From Candidatus Rokuibacteriota bacterium (GTDB lineage Bacteria > Methylomirabilota > Methylomirabilia > Rokubacteriales > CSP1-6): 64,000 nt of DNA. Shown piece by piece: positions 1-9,351 of this stretch (its first letter is position 1; each line of letters starts with the position of its first letter). The notes under the pieces were generated by a model that had not been told where the DNA came from, made no database searches, and saw nothing but the letters and a program-made list of their open reading frames with translations. The DNA lies in contig JAHFDK010000009.1 in the NCBI GenBank assembly GCA_023249095.1, forward strand, positions 1,595 to 65,594, given 5' to 3'. A program made the position numbers and the translations under genes.

Positions 1-132
1 TCCAGCCTCCCGGACGACGAAGCCGCGACGTCAGAGGCGCTGTTCCGGGCCGCCGACGAGGCGCTCTACGGGGCGAAGCGGGCAGGCAAGAACCAGGTCA
101 TGGGCGCGGGGCCGGCCGAGAAGGTGGGCTGA
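1..132 (+). CDS. C-terminal end of a GGDEF-domain diguanylate cyclase (5' part outside window)
   Basis: Frame 1 reads ...SEALFRAADEALYGAKRAGKNQV... and stops at TGA 130-132. The ALY.AK..G.N motif is the usual end of GGDEF domains. Confidence 0.6.
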   Translation, partial: SSLPDDEAATSEALFRAADEALYGAKRAGKNQVMGAGPAEKVG

Positions 133-133
133 C

Positions 134-1189
134 ATGATAGAGCGGCGTGACATCCTGATCGTCGACGACGATCGCCAGGTCCGCGAGGTCCTGCACCAGA
201 TCTTCCTCGGCGCCAACTACAAGTGCCTGCTCGCCAACGACGGGCAGGAGGGGCTCGAGGTGTTCCGTGCCTCACGGCCACCCCTCACCGTCACCGACCT
301 CAAGATGCCGGTCATGGGGGGGTACGAGCTGCTCCAGCACGTGCGCCAGGCCGACCCGGACGCGGCCGTCATCGTCCTCACCGGCGCGGCCGACGTGAAG
401 ACCGCGATCGCGAGCCTCAAGCTCGGGGCGTACGACTTCATCATGAAACCGGTGAACGTGGACGAGCTCCTGATCGCCGCCGAGCGGGCCTTCGAGCGGC
501 GTCAGCTCCTGATCGAGCGCCGCCAGTATCATGAGCTCCTCGAGCGCCGGGTCGTCGAGGCGACGCACGACCTCGAGCAGGCCTACCGGCAGCTCCAGGA
601 CACTTACCGGACGACGCTCGAGGCGCTCGGCTCGGCCCTCGACACGCGCGACGTCGGCACCGAATCCCACTCGCGTCGCGTCCACGGCTACGCCCTGGCG
701 ACGGCGCGCGAGTACGGCGTGCCGGAGAAGGAGATGACCGACCTCGCCCACGGCGTGCTGCTCCACGACATCGGCAAGATCGGTATCCCCGACGCGATCT
801 TGCTGAAGCCCGGCCCGCTCACCCCGGAGGAGTGGCAGATCATGCGGCGCCATCCGGAGATCGGCAAGCAGCTGGTCGAGAAGATCCCCTTCCTGCGCGG
901 CGCCTTGCCGATCGTCTACGCCCACCACGAGAAGTGGGACGGCACCGGCTACCCGCGCGGGCTCAAGGGTGAGGAGATCCCGCTCGGCGCGCGGATCTTC
1001 ATGGTGGTGGACGCGTTCGACGCGATAACCTTCGACCGCCCGTACTCGAAGGCCCAGTCCTTCGACGCCGCCAAGGCCGAGATCAAGCGTTGCGCCGGCA
1101 AGCACTTCGACCCCGCCGTCGTGACGGCGTTCTTCCAGGTGTCCGAGGCTCTGCTCGCGGAGATTCGCCGCAAGAGCGTCGAGCCGTAG
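134..1189 (+). CDS. Two-component response regulator with receiver domain and HD-GYP c-di-GMP phosphodiesterase domain (RpfG-like)
   Basis: The N-terminus (ILIVDDD...TDLKMPVMGG...KP) is a CheY-like receiver. The C-terminus carries HDIGKIGIP and HHEKWDGTGYPRGL, the HD-GYP signatures. Confidence 0.9.
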   Translation: MIERRDILIVDDDRQVREVLHQIFLGANYKCLLANDGQEGLEVFRASRPPLTVTDLKMPVMGGYELLQHVRQADPDAAVIVLTGAADVKTAIASLKLGAYDFIMKPVNVDELLIAAERAFERRQLLIERRQYHELLERRVVEATHDLEQAYRQLQDTYRTTLEALGSALDTRDVGTESHSRRVHGYALATAREYGVPEKEMTDLAHGVLLHDIGKIGIPDAILLKPGPLTPEEWQIMRRHPEIGKQLVEKIPFLRGALPIVYAHHEKWDGTGYPRGLKGEEIPLGARIFMVVDAFDAITFDRPYSKAQSFDAAKAEIKRCAGKHFDPAVVTAFFQVSEALLAEIRRKSVEP

Positions 1190-1211
1190 ACAGCGCGGGC
1201 CCTTCAGAGGC

Positions 1212-2996
1212 TCAGGCCGGCTCCTCCAGGCCGAGCTCCTCGCAGAGGCGCTGGATCCGCGTGTAGGCCGCCCACAGTTCCCCCTCGGTGAGGCCGAGCT
1301 CGACGCAGTTCCTCAGCAGCATCCGGAGTTGCTCGGCGCCCTGCGCCGCTTCGTCGCGGCAGCCGGCGTCGGAGAGGCGTCGGATGGACAACGCGCGCAC
1401 CGCCGCGATGCCTTCGAGCGCGCGCACGACCGCCGCGCGCGTCTCAGCCTGGCGATCGGGACCGATGGAGTCGAATCGGAGCGCGTGGGTCAGCGGATCG
1501 AGCGCCTCCTCGTAGGCGCCGGCCTCGAGCCGGCGGCTCCCGAGCTCCGCGTACCCCCACCAGAGCCGCTGGTCCAGCTCGGCGCGGCGCGTCGGGGGCA
1601 GGGACTCGGCGGGAATCGTCGCCAGCACCTCCTCGGCGTGCCGGAGTGACTCGAGCGCTTCGGGCTCGCGCGCTTCCTGCATGTTGAGGATCGCCTGGGC
1701 GGTGAGCTGACCGACCTCGGCGCCGAACGTGCTGGAGAGCAACCCGCGGAACCCCGCAGCGCGTACGGCCGGCAGCGCGGAGTCGTCCAACGCCTCGTGC
1801 AGGAGCTGCCGTGCACCACCGAACTCCTGCCGCTGGAGAAGCGCCGTGACGGCCTGCTCGTAGGCCTGCCAGAGCGCCTCGCGGGCTGCCTCGCGCGCGT
1901 TGCTGAGCGCCGGGTCGGACGCCACCGCGGTGAGCCCGCGCTCCGTCCATGCGATCGCCGTTCGGATCGTCGCGACACGATCGCCGGTGTCGTGGCTCCC
2001 GGCGCGCCCGAGCCGCGCCTGGGCAGCGTCGAGCGCGAGCGCCGCGAGGTGGCGGCGGTAGGTCGCCCGCTCGACCTCGGGCGCGGTGTCGATGGCCAAC
2101 TCCAGGGCCGAGCGTGCGCCGTCGTCGTCGCCGAGAGCCTGCTTCGCCAGCCCGACGACCGACCAGAGCGCCGCGGTGTCGTGTGAGGCGCTTGCGGGCC
2201 ACTCGACGCTCAGCTTCGCCAGCGTCTCCTCTCCCACCGTCACGACCTCGCCGAATCGCTTCTCCTGATACAGGGCGAAGCACGCCTCGACGAGCGGCGA
2301 ATCGCGGCCGGACTTCGTCTCCGGCATCGGCGGCGCCGGAGAACCGCCCCACGGTCGAACAGGCTGCTCCGGGGCGGTCCCGCCGGCCCCGCCACCTCCA
2401 AGTGGTACGAGATCGGGCGTCGCCGGCTCCGCGCCCGGACCCGCCTGGGTATTCGGAGCGCGCAGCACCCCGTGCGGCCGAGCATGGGGCGAGATCTTAC
2501 TCCGTCGCCGGCGGGGCGGCGGCGGGGCATGTTCAGCGGGTCGCGACGGCGCGACGTGTTCGGTCGGCCGGGGCGCCGGGCGCTCGGGCGGTGGCAACGG
2601 GTCGACGTGCTCGGTCGGTCGCGCGGGAGGGACGGCTTCGGCAGACGGCTCCGGCGTGTCGGGTGCAGTCGGTCCGGGCGCGACGGCCTCGGGTGGCGGC
2701 GGCGGAATGGCGGGTGGGGTCGGTTCCGGGGCCGAGACGGCTTCGGGTGGCGGGGGAGCGACGTAGCCGGCCGGTCGCCGAAACACAATCTCTGCGGGTG
2801 GTCGAGAGGATGCGACATTCAGGGTCAGGCGTGCAGGCACGATGGCCTCGGCCGGCCGCGACGGCGTCGGTTGAGCCTGAGGACGGCGGACGGAGTGGCT
2901 CGGCTTGGACGGCCAGACCAGCTCGAGCACGCCCAGCACGAGCAGCATGCAGGCTCCGGCCACGACGCTGAGGATCAACGCTTCTTCGCTCAGCAC
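1212..2996 (-). CDS. Membrane-anchored proline-rich protein with C-terminal helical-repeat (TPR-like) region, function unknown
   Basis: 594-aa ORF with an N-terminal hydrophobic helix (ILSVVAGACMLLVLGVLELV) and about 200 aa of Pro-rich repeats (PPPPEAV, RPTEHV). The rest is a long Ala/Leu-rich helical region. The start is uncertain. Confidence 0.5.
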   Translation of the reverse strand: MLSEEALILSVVAGACMLLVLGVLELVWPSKPSHSVRRPQAQPTPSRPAEAIVPARLTLNVASSRPPAEIVFRRPAGYVAPPPPEAVSAPEPTPPAIPPPPPEAVAPGPTAPDTPEPSAEAVPPARPTEHVDPLPPPERPAPRPTEHVAPSRPAEHAPPPPRRRRSKISPHARPHGVLRAPNTQAGPGAEPATPDLVPLGGGGAGGTAPEQPVRPWGGSPAPPMPETKSGRDSPLVEACFALYQEKRFGEVVTVGEETLAKLSVEWPASASHDTAALWSVVGLAKQALGDDDGARSALELAIDTAPEVERATYRRHLAALALDAAQARLGRAGSHDTGDRVATIRTAIAWTERGLTAVASDPALSNAREAAREALWQAYEQAVTALLQRQEFGGARQLLHEALDDSALPAVRAAGFRGLLSSTFGAEVGQLTAQAILNMQEAREPEALESLRHAEEVLATIPAESLPPTRRAELDQRLWWGYAELGSRRLEAGAYEEALDPLTHALRFDSIGPDRQAETRAAVVRALEGIAAVRALSIRRLSDAGCRDEAAQGAEQLRMLLRNCVELGLTEGELWAAYTRIQRLCEELGLEEPA

Positions 2997-3985
2997 GGGA
3001 GATCCACCGGCCGCCGCTCGGCGACGGAGCGATACGCGGCGAGCACGACCGCAAGGTCGCGCCGGCCCGACGCGCCGTCGGTCTCGGGCAGCCGCCCGGA
3101 GCCCACCGCCTCGCCGAACGCCCTCAGCATCGCCTCGTGACCTCTCGAATCACGGCGAAAGAGTCGAAGGCGCGTCCGGCCGCGCGGCCTCAACAGGACA
3201 AAGCGACCGCGATTGTCGGCGAAGATCGTGCCGTCGGCGCCTGTTACCGAGGACCATTGAACCCGCGGAACGCCGGTAGCGCCAAGAGAATTGGACACGA
3301 AGCCGACGACCCCGTCCGGCAGCTCGGCGAGAAGGTCCACGGCGTCCTCGCCGCCGAGGTCGACCGTCTGCGGCGGGCGGAGGGCAAAGAGCCGCCGCAC
3401 CTCGCCGCCCCACCAGCGCAGGTTGTGGACGTAGTGGATGCCGGCGTCGATCAGCACGCCGCCGCCCGCGGCCCGCGAGACAAGCCGCCAGCCCGAGTGC
3501 TGGTGGTATCCGCGAGCGACGAGGTGGATGGCGCGCAGCGGGCCGACCGCGCCCGCCGTCACCAGGGCGTGGACGTGGCGGAATGCCGGCATGAAATGAA
3601 AATTCTCGGCGACCATCAGGACGCGCCCGGCGGACTGTGCGGCCGCGATCATCCGATCGGCCTCTTCCACGGTCGGCGCGATCGGCTTCTCGACGAGGAC
3701 GTGGAGACCCGCCCCGAGCGCCAGCAGGGTGTCGGCACAGTGGCGATCGTGTGGCGTGCAGACGACGGCGGCGTTGGCCCGGGGATCGTGCGCGGCGGCC
3801 TCGTACGCGCCGAACGCGTCGGCGGCGCCGAACTCACGCGCGAACGCGCGGGCGCGAGCCAGGTCACGGCTCGCGACGAGCAGCGGCACGCCGATCCGCC
3901 GGGCCGCCGCCGCGTGACGGCGCGCGATCCACCCGCAGCCGAAGAGGACCAGTCCTCGCAGGGCCACGAATTTTGATGCTAGCAT
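2990..3985 (-). CDS. Gfo/Idh/MocA family NAD(P)-dependent oxidoreductase
   Basis: This is the 3' third of the 781-aa track ORF, starting at ATG 3985 (MLASKFVALRGLVLFGCGWIARRH...). It has a Rossmann N-terminus and the EKP motif (VLVEKPIA). The upstream part of the track ORF is antisense to the thiolase gene. Confidence 0.8.
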   Translation of the reverse strand: MLASKFVALRGLVLFGCGWIARRHAAAARRIGVPLLVASRDLARARAFAREFGAADAFGAYEAAAHDPRANAAVVCTPHDRHCADTLLALGAGLHVLVEKPIAPTVEEADRMIAAAQSAGRVLMVAENFHFMPAFRHVHALVTAGAVGPLRAIHLVARGYHQHSGWRLVSRAAGGGVLIDAGIHYVHNLRWWGGEVRRLFALRPPQTVDLGGEDAVDLLAELPDGVVGFVSNSLGATGVPRVQWSSVTGADGTIFADNRGRFVLLRPRGRTRLRLFRRDSRGHEAMLRAFGEAVGSGRLPETDGASGRRDLAVVLAAYRSVAERRPVDLPC

Positions 3986-4003
3986 GCGGCGAGGAGGACT
4001 TTC

Positions 4004-5158
4004 ATGCGCCGGGTCGCCGTGATCGGGGTCGGAGTGACGAAATTCGGGCTGCACGACCGCACCTCGGCCGAGCTCTTCGCCGACGCCGCCGGGGACGCGC
4101 TGACCGACGCCGGTATTGCGGCGAGTGCCGTTCAGGCCCTCTACTACGGCAACGTCGTCGGGGGCGAGACCGAGCATCAGCTCCACACCGGACCGCAGGC
4201 CGCGTCCGTCCTCGGCATCCCGTCCGTGCCCACGACCCGGTTCGAGACGGCGTGCGCGAGCTCGCACGCCGCCTTCCGTCACGCCGTGATGGAGATCGGG
4301 GCGGGCGTGTCGGACGTGATCCTCGTGGGCGGCGCCGAGCGCGTGCTCAACGTCTCCACGGCGGAGTCGACCGAGTACTTCGCCTACGCCTCCGACGCCG
4401 TCTGGGAGCAGCCGCTGGGCCTCACCTTCCCCGGCGTGTTCGCGCTGATCGCGCGGGCGCATATGGAGAAGTACGGCACGACGGAGGCCCAGATGGCGGC
4501 GGTCGCCGTGAAGAACCACCGGCACGGGGCGCTGAACCCGAAGGCGCAGTTCCAGAAGCAGATCACGATCGACCAGGTGCTGCGGTCCGCGTACGTCGCC
4601 GACCCGCTCAAGCTCTTGGACTGCTGCCCGTTCAGCGACGGCGGCGCCGCCGTCGTGCTCGCCTCGGAGGAGGTCGCCCGCCGGCACCGCAAGCCGGTGT
4701 GGGTGCTCGCCTCGGCGGCGGCTTCCGACTGGATGCTGCTCGGCGACAAGCGCGACCTCGCGCGCGTGCCCGCGACGGAGCGCGCGGCGGCGGCGGCGTA
4801 CCGGCAGGCCGGCCTCGGCCCCACCGACGTGGACGTCGTCGAGCTGCACGACTGCTTCACGATCGCCGAGATCGTCGCCACCGAGGGGCTCGGCCTCTTC
4901 GAGCCGGGCGCCGGCGGCCGGGCCGCCGAGACGGGTCTCACGAGCCTCGGCGGGGAGGTGCCCGTCAACCCGTCGGGCGGCCTGAAGGCGAAGGGCCATC
5001 CCATCGGCGCGACGGGTGCCGCGCAGATCGCCGAAATCGTCACACAGCTCCGCGGCGAGGCCGGCCCACGTCAGGTCGACGGTGCCAGAACCGGTCTGAC
5101 CCATACCCTCGGCGGCAACACCGCGACGGTGCTCGTGAGTCTCTTCGGCCGTGACTGA
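4004..5158 (+). CDS. Thiolase-domain protein (SCP-x/non-specific lipid-transfer type acetyl-CoA acyltransferase)
   Basis: 384 aa with an active-site Cys context (FETACASSHAAF) and C-terminal NPSGGLKAKGHPIGATG and THTLGG motifs typical of thiolases. Confidence 0.85.
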   Translation: MRRVAVIGVGVTKFGLHDRTSAELFADAAGDALTDAGIAASAVQALYYGNVVGGETEHQLHTGPQAASVLGIPSVPTTRFETACASSHAAFRHAVMEIGAGVSDVILVGGAERVLNVSTAESTEYFAYASDAVWEQPLGLTFPGVFALIARAHMEKYGTTEAQMAAVAVKNHRHGALNPKAQFQKQITIDQVLRSAYVADPLKLLDCCPFSDGGAAVVLASEEVARRHRKPVWVLASAAASDWMLLGDKRDLARVPATERAAAAAYRQAGLGPTDVDVVELHDCFTIAEIVATEGLGLFEPGAGGRAAETGLTSLGGEVPVNPSGGLKAKGHPIGATGAAQIAEIVTQLRGEAGPRQVDGARTGLTHTLGGNTATVLVSLFGRD

Positions 5159-5534
5159 GCCGGTCATCACCGCGCGCGCCTTCTTCGAGCGGGCGCGCGC
5201 GGGACAGCTGACGGCCGTGCGGTGCGGCTCGTGCGGCGAGCTCGCGATTCCCCCGAGGGAGCTGTGTCCCGCGTGCCACGCGCGCGCGTGGCAGCCGGTG
5301 CCGCTGGTCGGCGAGGGCACGATCACGAGCTTCACCGTGATCCGCGTTGCGCCGAGGGCGCACGCGGCCGACGCGCCCTACGCCATCGCCGTCGTGAAGC
5401 TGCAGGAGGGCGTGTCGATCCTCGGCCGGATCGTCGACATTCCGCTCGACAAAGTCGCCGTCGGCCTGCCGGTCCGCTTCCGCCCGCTCGGCGCGCAGGA
5501 CCAGACGTCGATCGGCTTCGGGCCGCTCGGCTAG
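5151..5534 (+). CDS. Zn-ribbon/OB-fold DUF35 protein, usual partner of SCP-x type thiolases
   Basis: 127 aa with a CxxC...CxxC rubredoxin-like knuckle (CGSCGELAIPPRELCPACHA) followed by an OB-fold-like region. It overlaps the thiolase stop by 8 nt. Confidence 0.8.
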   Translation: MTEPVITARAFFERARAGQLTAVRCGSCGELAIPPRELCPACHARAWQPVPLVGEGTITSFTVIRVAPRAHAADAPYAIAVVKLQEGVSILGRIVDIPLDKVAVGLPVRFRPLGAQDQTSIGFGPLG

Positions 5535-5632
5535 AGTAGTTTGAGGAGCCGCGCGGCGTTGCCACCGAGGATGCGCTCCTTGGCGCCCTCAGAGAGCGCG
5601 AGCGCCCTGATCGCGTCGATGTTCCCCTTCAT
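5531..5632 (-). pseudogene. Probable C-terminal remnant of an amidohydrolase-family gene
   Basis: The minus strand reads ...GVPTMKGNIDAIRALALSEGAKERILGGNAARLLKLL*. This resembles the conserved C-terminal tail of metal-dependent amidohydrolases. There is no room for the rest of such a gene between the SDR and DUF35 genes. Confidence 0.35.
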
Positions 5633-5660
5633 CGTGGGCACGCCCCTCGACTCCCCGGCA

Positions 5661-6416
5661 TCAGACGGTCGAGTAGCCGCCGCTCACGCTGATCGTCTGA
5701 CCCGTGATCCAGCCGGCGAGGTCGGACGCTAGGAAGGCGACGAACGGCGCCACGTCCTCGGGCCTCCCGAGGCGCCGGATGGGATAGAAGGCGAGGATGC
5801 GCTCGCGGTTCTTCGCGAGCCATTCCTGGTCCGCGTGCGAGGTCTCGATCCAGCCGAGGGCGAGCGCGTTCACGGTGATGTCGAGGCGGCCGAACTCCTT
5901 GGCGAGCGTCCGCGTCAGGGAAAGCACGGCGCCGCGCGCTCCCGCCGACACGCCGAGTCGCGGCTGGCCCACGCGCGCCGAGTCGCCGACGATGCTGATG
6001 ATGCGCCCGCCCTTCTGCGCCGCGAGCGTCGGCGCCGCGGCGTGACAGGCGTTGAAGACGCCGTAGAGGTCGACGTCCACCTGTCGCCGCCACTCCTCGG
6101 GCGTCGTCTCGAGGAACAGCTTGGCCTCGACGTGGCCCGCGTTGTTGACGACGACGTCGAGCCGTCCGAGGTCGGCGACGACGCGCTCGACCATGCGGCT
6201 CACGGCGCCGTAGTCGGCCACGTCCGCCTGGTAGGCCGCCGCGCGACCGCCCCGCCCGGTGATTGCCGCGACGAGCGAGTCGGCGTCCTGCTTCGAGTGG
6301 AGGTAGTTGACGGCGACGGCCGCACCCTCCCGAGCCAGCGTCAGCGAGATCTCGCGACCGACGTCGCGCGCGCCGCCGGTGACCAGCGCGACCTTGCCGC
6401 CGAGCCCGAGGTTCAC
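5661..6416 (-). CDS. SDR family oxidoreductase (FabG-like)
   Basis: 251 aa with a TGGARDVG cofactor motif, NNAG, and a catalytic region typical of classical short-chain dehydrogenases. Confidence 0.85.
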   Translation of the reverse strand: MNLGLGGKVALVTGGARDVGREISLTLAREGAAVAVNYLHSKQDADSLVAAITGRGGRAAAYQADVADYGAVSRMVERVVADLGRLDVVVNNAGHVEAKLFLETTPEEWRRQVDVDLYGVFNACHAAAPTLAAQKGGRIISIVGDSARVGQPRLGVSAGARGAVLSLTRTLAKEFGRLDITVNALALGWIETSHADQEWLAKNRERILAFYPIRRLGRPEDVAPFVAFLASDLAGWITGQTISVSGGYSTV

Positions 6417-6423
6417 GGTTTCA

Positions 6424-8814
6424 TCATCCTCGCGCCCGGGCGCGCTCGATGAGCCGGAAGAGCCGGTCAGGAGTCACCGGCAGCTCGGCGATCTCGATCC
6501 CGAGCGGTACCAGCGCGTCGGCGACCGCATTCGCGATGGCGGCGGGGGCGCCGATCGTCCCGCCCTCGCCCATGCCGCGGAAGCCGCCGAGCGCCACCGG
6601 CGACGGCGTCTCCAGGTGATGCACCTCCATCCACGGGACCTCGCAGGCCGAGGGCACCACGTAGTCCATCAGGGTGCCGCTCAAGAGCTGCCCCTGATCG
6701 TCGTAGACGACCTCCTCGAGGAGCGCCGCTCCGAGCCCCTGGGCCACGCCCCCGTGAACCTGGCCGTCCACGATGAGCGGATTGACCATGCGCCCGCAGT
6801 CCTCCACGACGACGTAGCGCAAGGGCTTCACCTCGCAGGTCTCCCGATCCACCTCGACCACCGCCACGTGGGTCGCGTTGGACGCGGTGCCGTAATAGGG
6901 ATCGTAGAAGCGCGTGGCCTCGAGGCCCGGCTCCAGACCGGTCGGCAGCCGCCGCGCGCCGGTGTACGCGGCCCTGGCGATCTCGCGCACGGCGACGCTC
7001 CGATCGAGCATCCCGCGCACCGCCCACCGGCCGTCGGTCATCACGACGTCCGCCGGGTCGGCCTCGAGGAGATGGCCGGCGATCACGAGCATCTTCTCGC
7101 GCACGGCCCGCCCGGCGAGGATGGCGGCCCCGCCCGCCAGCACGAGGCTCCTGCTCGCGTAGGTGCCGGTGCCGTAGGGCGAGACCTCGGTGTCGCCGTG
7201 GATGACACGCACATCGTCGATCGGCACGCCGACTTCGTCGGCCACGATCTGGGCCAGCGTGGTTTCGAGCCCCTGCCCGTGCGAGGCGATACCGAACACC
7301 GCCGTCACCTTGCCCGCGGGATCGAAGCGGATCGTCGCCGCCTCGGTGCCGGTCGCGATGGGCATACCGGGCGAGACGGGAATCGCCGAGCCGATCCCGG
7401 TCAGCTCGACGTAGGAAGCGACGCCGACGCCCAACCAGCGTCCCTCGGCGCGCGCCCTGGATTGCTCGGCGCGCACGGCCGCGTAGTCCAGAGCCTCGCA
7501 GGCCCGCAGCAGCGACGCGGTGAAGCTCGCCCGATCCCACACGATGCCGGACGGCGACTTGTAGGGAAATTCCTCGTCGCGCACGAAATTGCGGAGACGG
7601 ATCTCCGTCGGATCCATCCCGAGCTGGCGCGCCGCTCGATCCATCAGGCCTTCGATCACGAAGACCGCCGGCGGGCGGCCGACTCCCCGATACGGGCCCA
7701 GCGGCGCCTTGCAGGTGGCGACGCCCCGCGTGCGCCCTCGGTACGTGGGCACCCGGTACGGCCCGGGCAGGAAACTGATCGTCTGCACCGGCTCGATGGC
7801 GGCCGTCCACGGATAGATGGAATACGCGCCGACGTCGGCGGTGACCTGAGCCCGGAGCCCGACGATGGCGCCGTCGCGGTCCACGCCGAGCTCGGCCTCG
7901 ACGATCTCGTCCCACGCGTGCGTGGTCGCGAGCAGATCCTCGCGGCGGTCACCGATCCACTTCACCGGGCGACCCAGGCGACGGGCCATCACGCAGGTGG
8001 CGATCTCCTCCGGGTAGAGCGACGCCTTGGCGCCGAAGCCGCCGCCCACATCGGCGGCGATCACGCGGATGCGGTGCTCGGGCATGTCGAGCAGATCGCT
8101 CAGGACGTCGCGGACGAGACCGGGACACTGCGCCGACGAGCGCAGCGTGAGCGTCCCACTTCCGGTCGCGTACTCGGCCAGACAGCCGCGGTTCTCCATG
8201 CAGACCGGGGTGTGCCGGTGAAAGCGGAATCGCTCGCGCACGACCAGCGCCGCCCCGGCCAGCGCCTCGTCCACGTCGCCCCGGCCGAACTCGCGACTGA
8301 CGAGCAGGTTGGTGCCCGCCTCGTCATGGAGCAGCGGGCTTTCGGGCCGCAGCGCCTGTTCCATGTCCGTGACGACAGGGATCGGCTCGTACTCGACCAG
8401 GATGCGCTCGACCGCGTCCTCGGCCACGTACCGGCTCTCCGCCGCGACCATCACGACGGCTTCACCCACGTGACGCACTTTGCCGAGCGCGAGGGGCGGA
8501 AAGCTCGTGACCTTCACGGCGGGAGTCTTCGAGGCCGCGCGCACGGGCTTCGCTGAGCGCGCGACGTCTTCGCCCGTCAACACCGCCGCGACTCCCGGGA
8601 GCGTGAGCGCCGCGGAGGCGGCGATGCTCACGACGCGCGCGTGGGCATGGGGCGATCGGAGGAAGGCGGCGTACAGGAGCCGCGCCGGACGGTGGTCGTC
8701 GACGTAGCTCCCCTGCCCGGTCAGGAAACGGCCGTCCTCCCGTCTCGCCACGCGAGCGCCGACGAGCCGCGGGAGCGCCGTCGGGGCCGTCGCGCCGGCT
8801 CGGTGCTCGGTCAC
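6424..8814 (-). CDS. Xanthine dehydrogenase family molybdopterin-binding large subunit (CoxL/aldehyde oxidase-like)
   Basis: 796 aa with an N-terminal RREDGRFLTGQGSYVDD motif and a GPYRGVGR segment. Length is as expected for Mo-hydroxylase large subunits. Confidence 0.9.
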   Translation of the reverse strand: MTEHRAGATAPTALPRLVGARVARREDGRFLTGQGSYVDDHRPARLLYAAFLRSPHAHARVVSIAASAALTLPGVAAVLTGEDVARSAKPVRAASKTPAVKVTSFPPLALGKVRHVGEAVVMVAAESRYVAEDAVERILVEYEPIPVVTDMEQALRPESPLLHDEAGTNLLVSREFGRGDVDEALAGAALVVRERFRFHRHTPVCMENRGCLAEYATGSGTLTLRSSAQCPGLVRDVLSDLLDMPEHRIRVIAADVGGGFGAKASLYPEEIATCVMARRLGRPVKWIGDRREDLLATTHAWDEIVEAELGVDRDGAIVGLRAQVTADVGAYSIYPWTAAIEPVQTISFLPGPYRVPTYRGRTRGVATCKAPLGPYRGVGRPPAVFVIEGLMDRAARQLGMDPTEIRLRNFVRDEEFPYKSPSGIVWDRASFTASLLRACEALDYAAVRAEQSRARAEGRWLGVGVASYVELTGIGSAIPVSPGMPIATGTEAATIRFDPAGKVTAVFGIASHGQGLETTLAQIVADEVGVPIDDVRVIHGDTEVSPYGTGTYASRSLVLAGGAAILAGRAVREKMLVIAGHLLEADPADVVMTDGRWAVRGMLDRSVAVREIARAAYTGARRLPTGLEPGLEATRFYDPYYGTASNATHVAVVEVDRETCEVKPLRYVVVEDCGRMVNPLIVDGQVHGGVAQGLGAALLEEVVYDDQGQLLSGTLMDYVVPSACEVPWMEVHHLETPSPVALGGFRGMGEGGTIGAPAAIANAVADALVPLGIEIAELPVTPDRLFRLIERARARG

Positions 8815-8862
8815 AAGCGTCGCGTCCCTTCGCGCCGGAGCCGTACGCGCGTTCCTCCGGAC

Positions 8863-9351
8863 CTAGCGCCCGGCGACAAGTATCGGGGCCGCGGCGCGGA
8901 CCGCGTTGACGATCCCCTGGTAGCCGGTGCAGCGGCAGAGGACGGCGGAGATACCCTCGCGTATCTCACGGTCGTTGGGCGACGGATTCGTGCGGAGGAG
9001 ATCGAGGGCGGTGATCAGCATGCCCGGGGTGCAGAAGCCGCACTGCAGTGCATGGTGCTCGCGGAACGCCTCCTGCAGCGGATGGAGCTTGCCGTCCCGC
9101 ATCAGGCCTTCGACCGTCATGAGCTCGGCGCCGTCCGCCTGGACGGCGAGCATGATGCAGGAGCGGGCGGCCTCGCCGTTGAACATGATCGTGCAGGCGC
9201 CGCAGATCCCGTGCTCGCACCCGACGTGCGTGCCGGTGAGACCGAGGTCTTCGCGGATGAAGTCCGCGAGCAGCTTGCGGGGCTCGCACCGCCCCTCGTG
9301 CGCGACACCATTCACGTTCAGACGGACGGTGACCATGTCAGCCACGCGCAA
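8863..9351 (-). CDS. (2Fe-2S)-binding small subunit of Mo-hydroxylase (CoxS-like)
   Basis: 162 aa with both cluster motifs, GCEHGICGAC and ALQCGFCTPG...CRCTGY. Confidence 0.9.
   Translation of the reverse strand: MRVADMVTVRLNVNGVAHEGRCEPRKLLADFIREDLGLTGTHVGCEHGICGACTIMFNGEAARSCIMLAVQADGAELMTVEGLMRDGKLHPLQEAFREHHALQCGFCTPGMLITALDLLRTNPSPNDREIREGISAVLCRCTGYQGIVNAVRAAAPILVAGR

Noticed and set aside
2990-5335. 781-aa minus-strand ORF read as a single gene
   Set aside because: Only the last 331 codons (from ATG 3985) look like a Gfo/Idh/MocA oxidoreductase. The upstream 450 codons are antisense to the well-supported thiolase and DUF35 genes and have junk composition.
6307-8556. 749-aa plus-strand ORF antisense to the Mo-hydroxylase large subunit. 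Similar long antisense or out-of-frame ORFs lie at 10378-11949, 11950-13059, 12710-13960, 26441-28102, 30006-31748, 36523-38310, 50962-52545, 53322-55625 and 57897-59339.
   Set aside because: They are extremely Arg/Gly/Pro/His-rich with no recognisable motifs. They lie opposite or overlapping genes with clear family signatures. Stop-poor alternative frames are expected at about 70% G+C.
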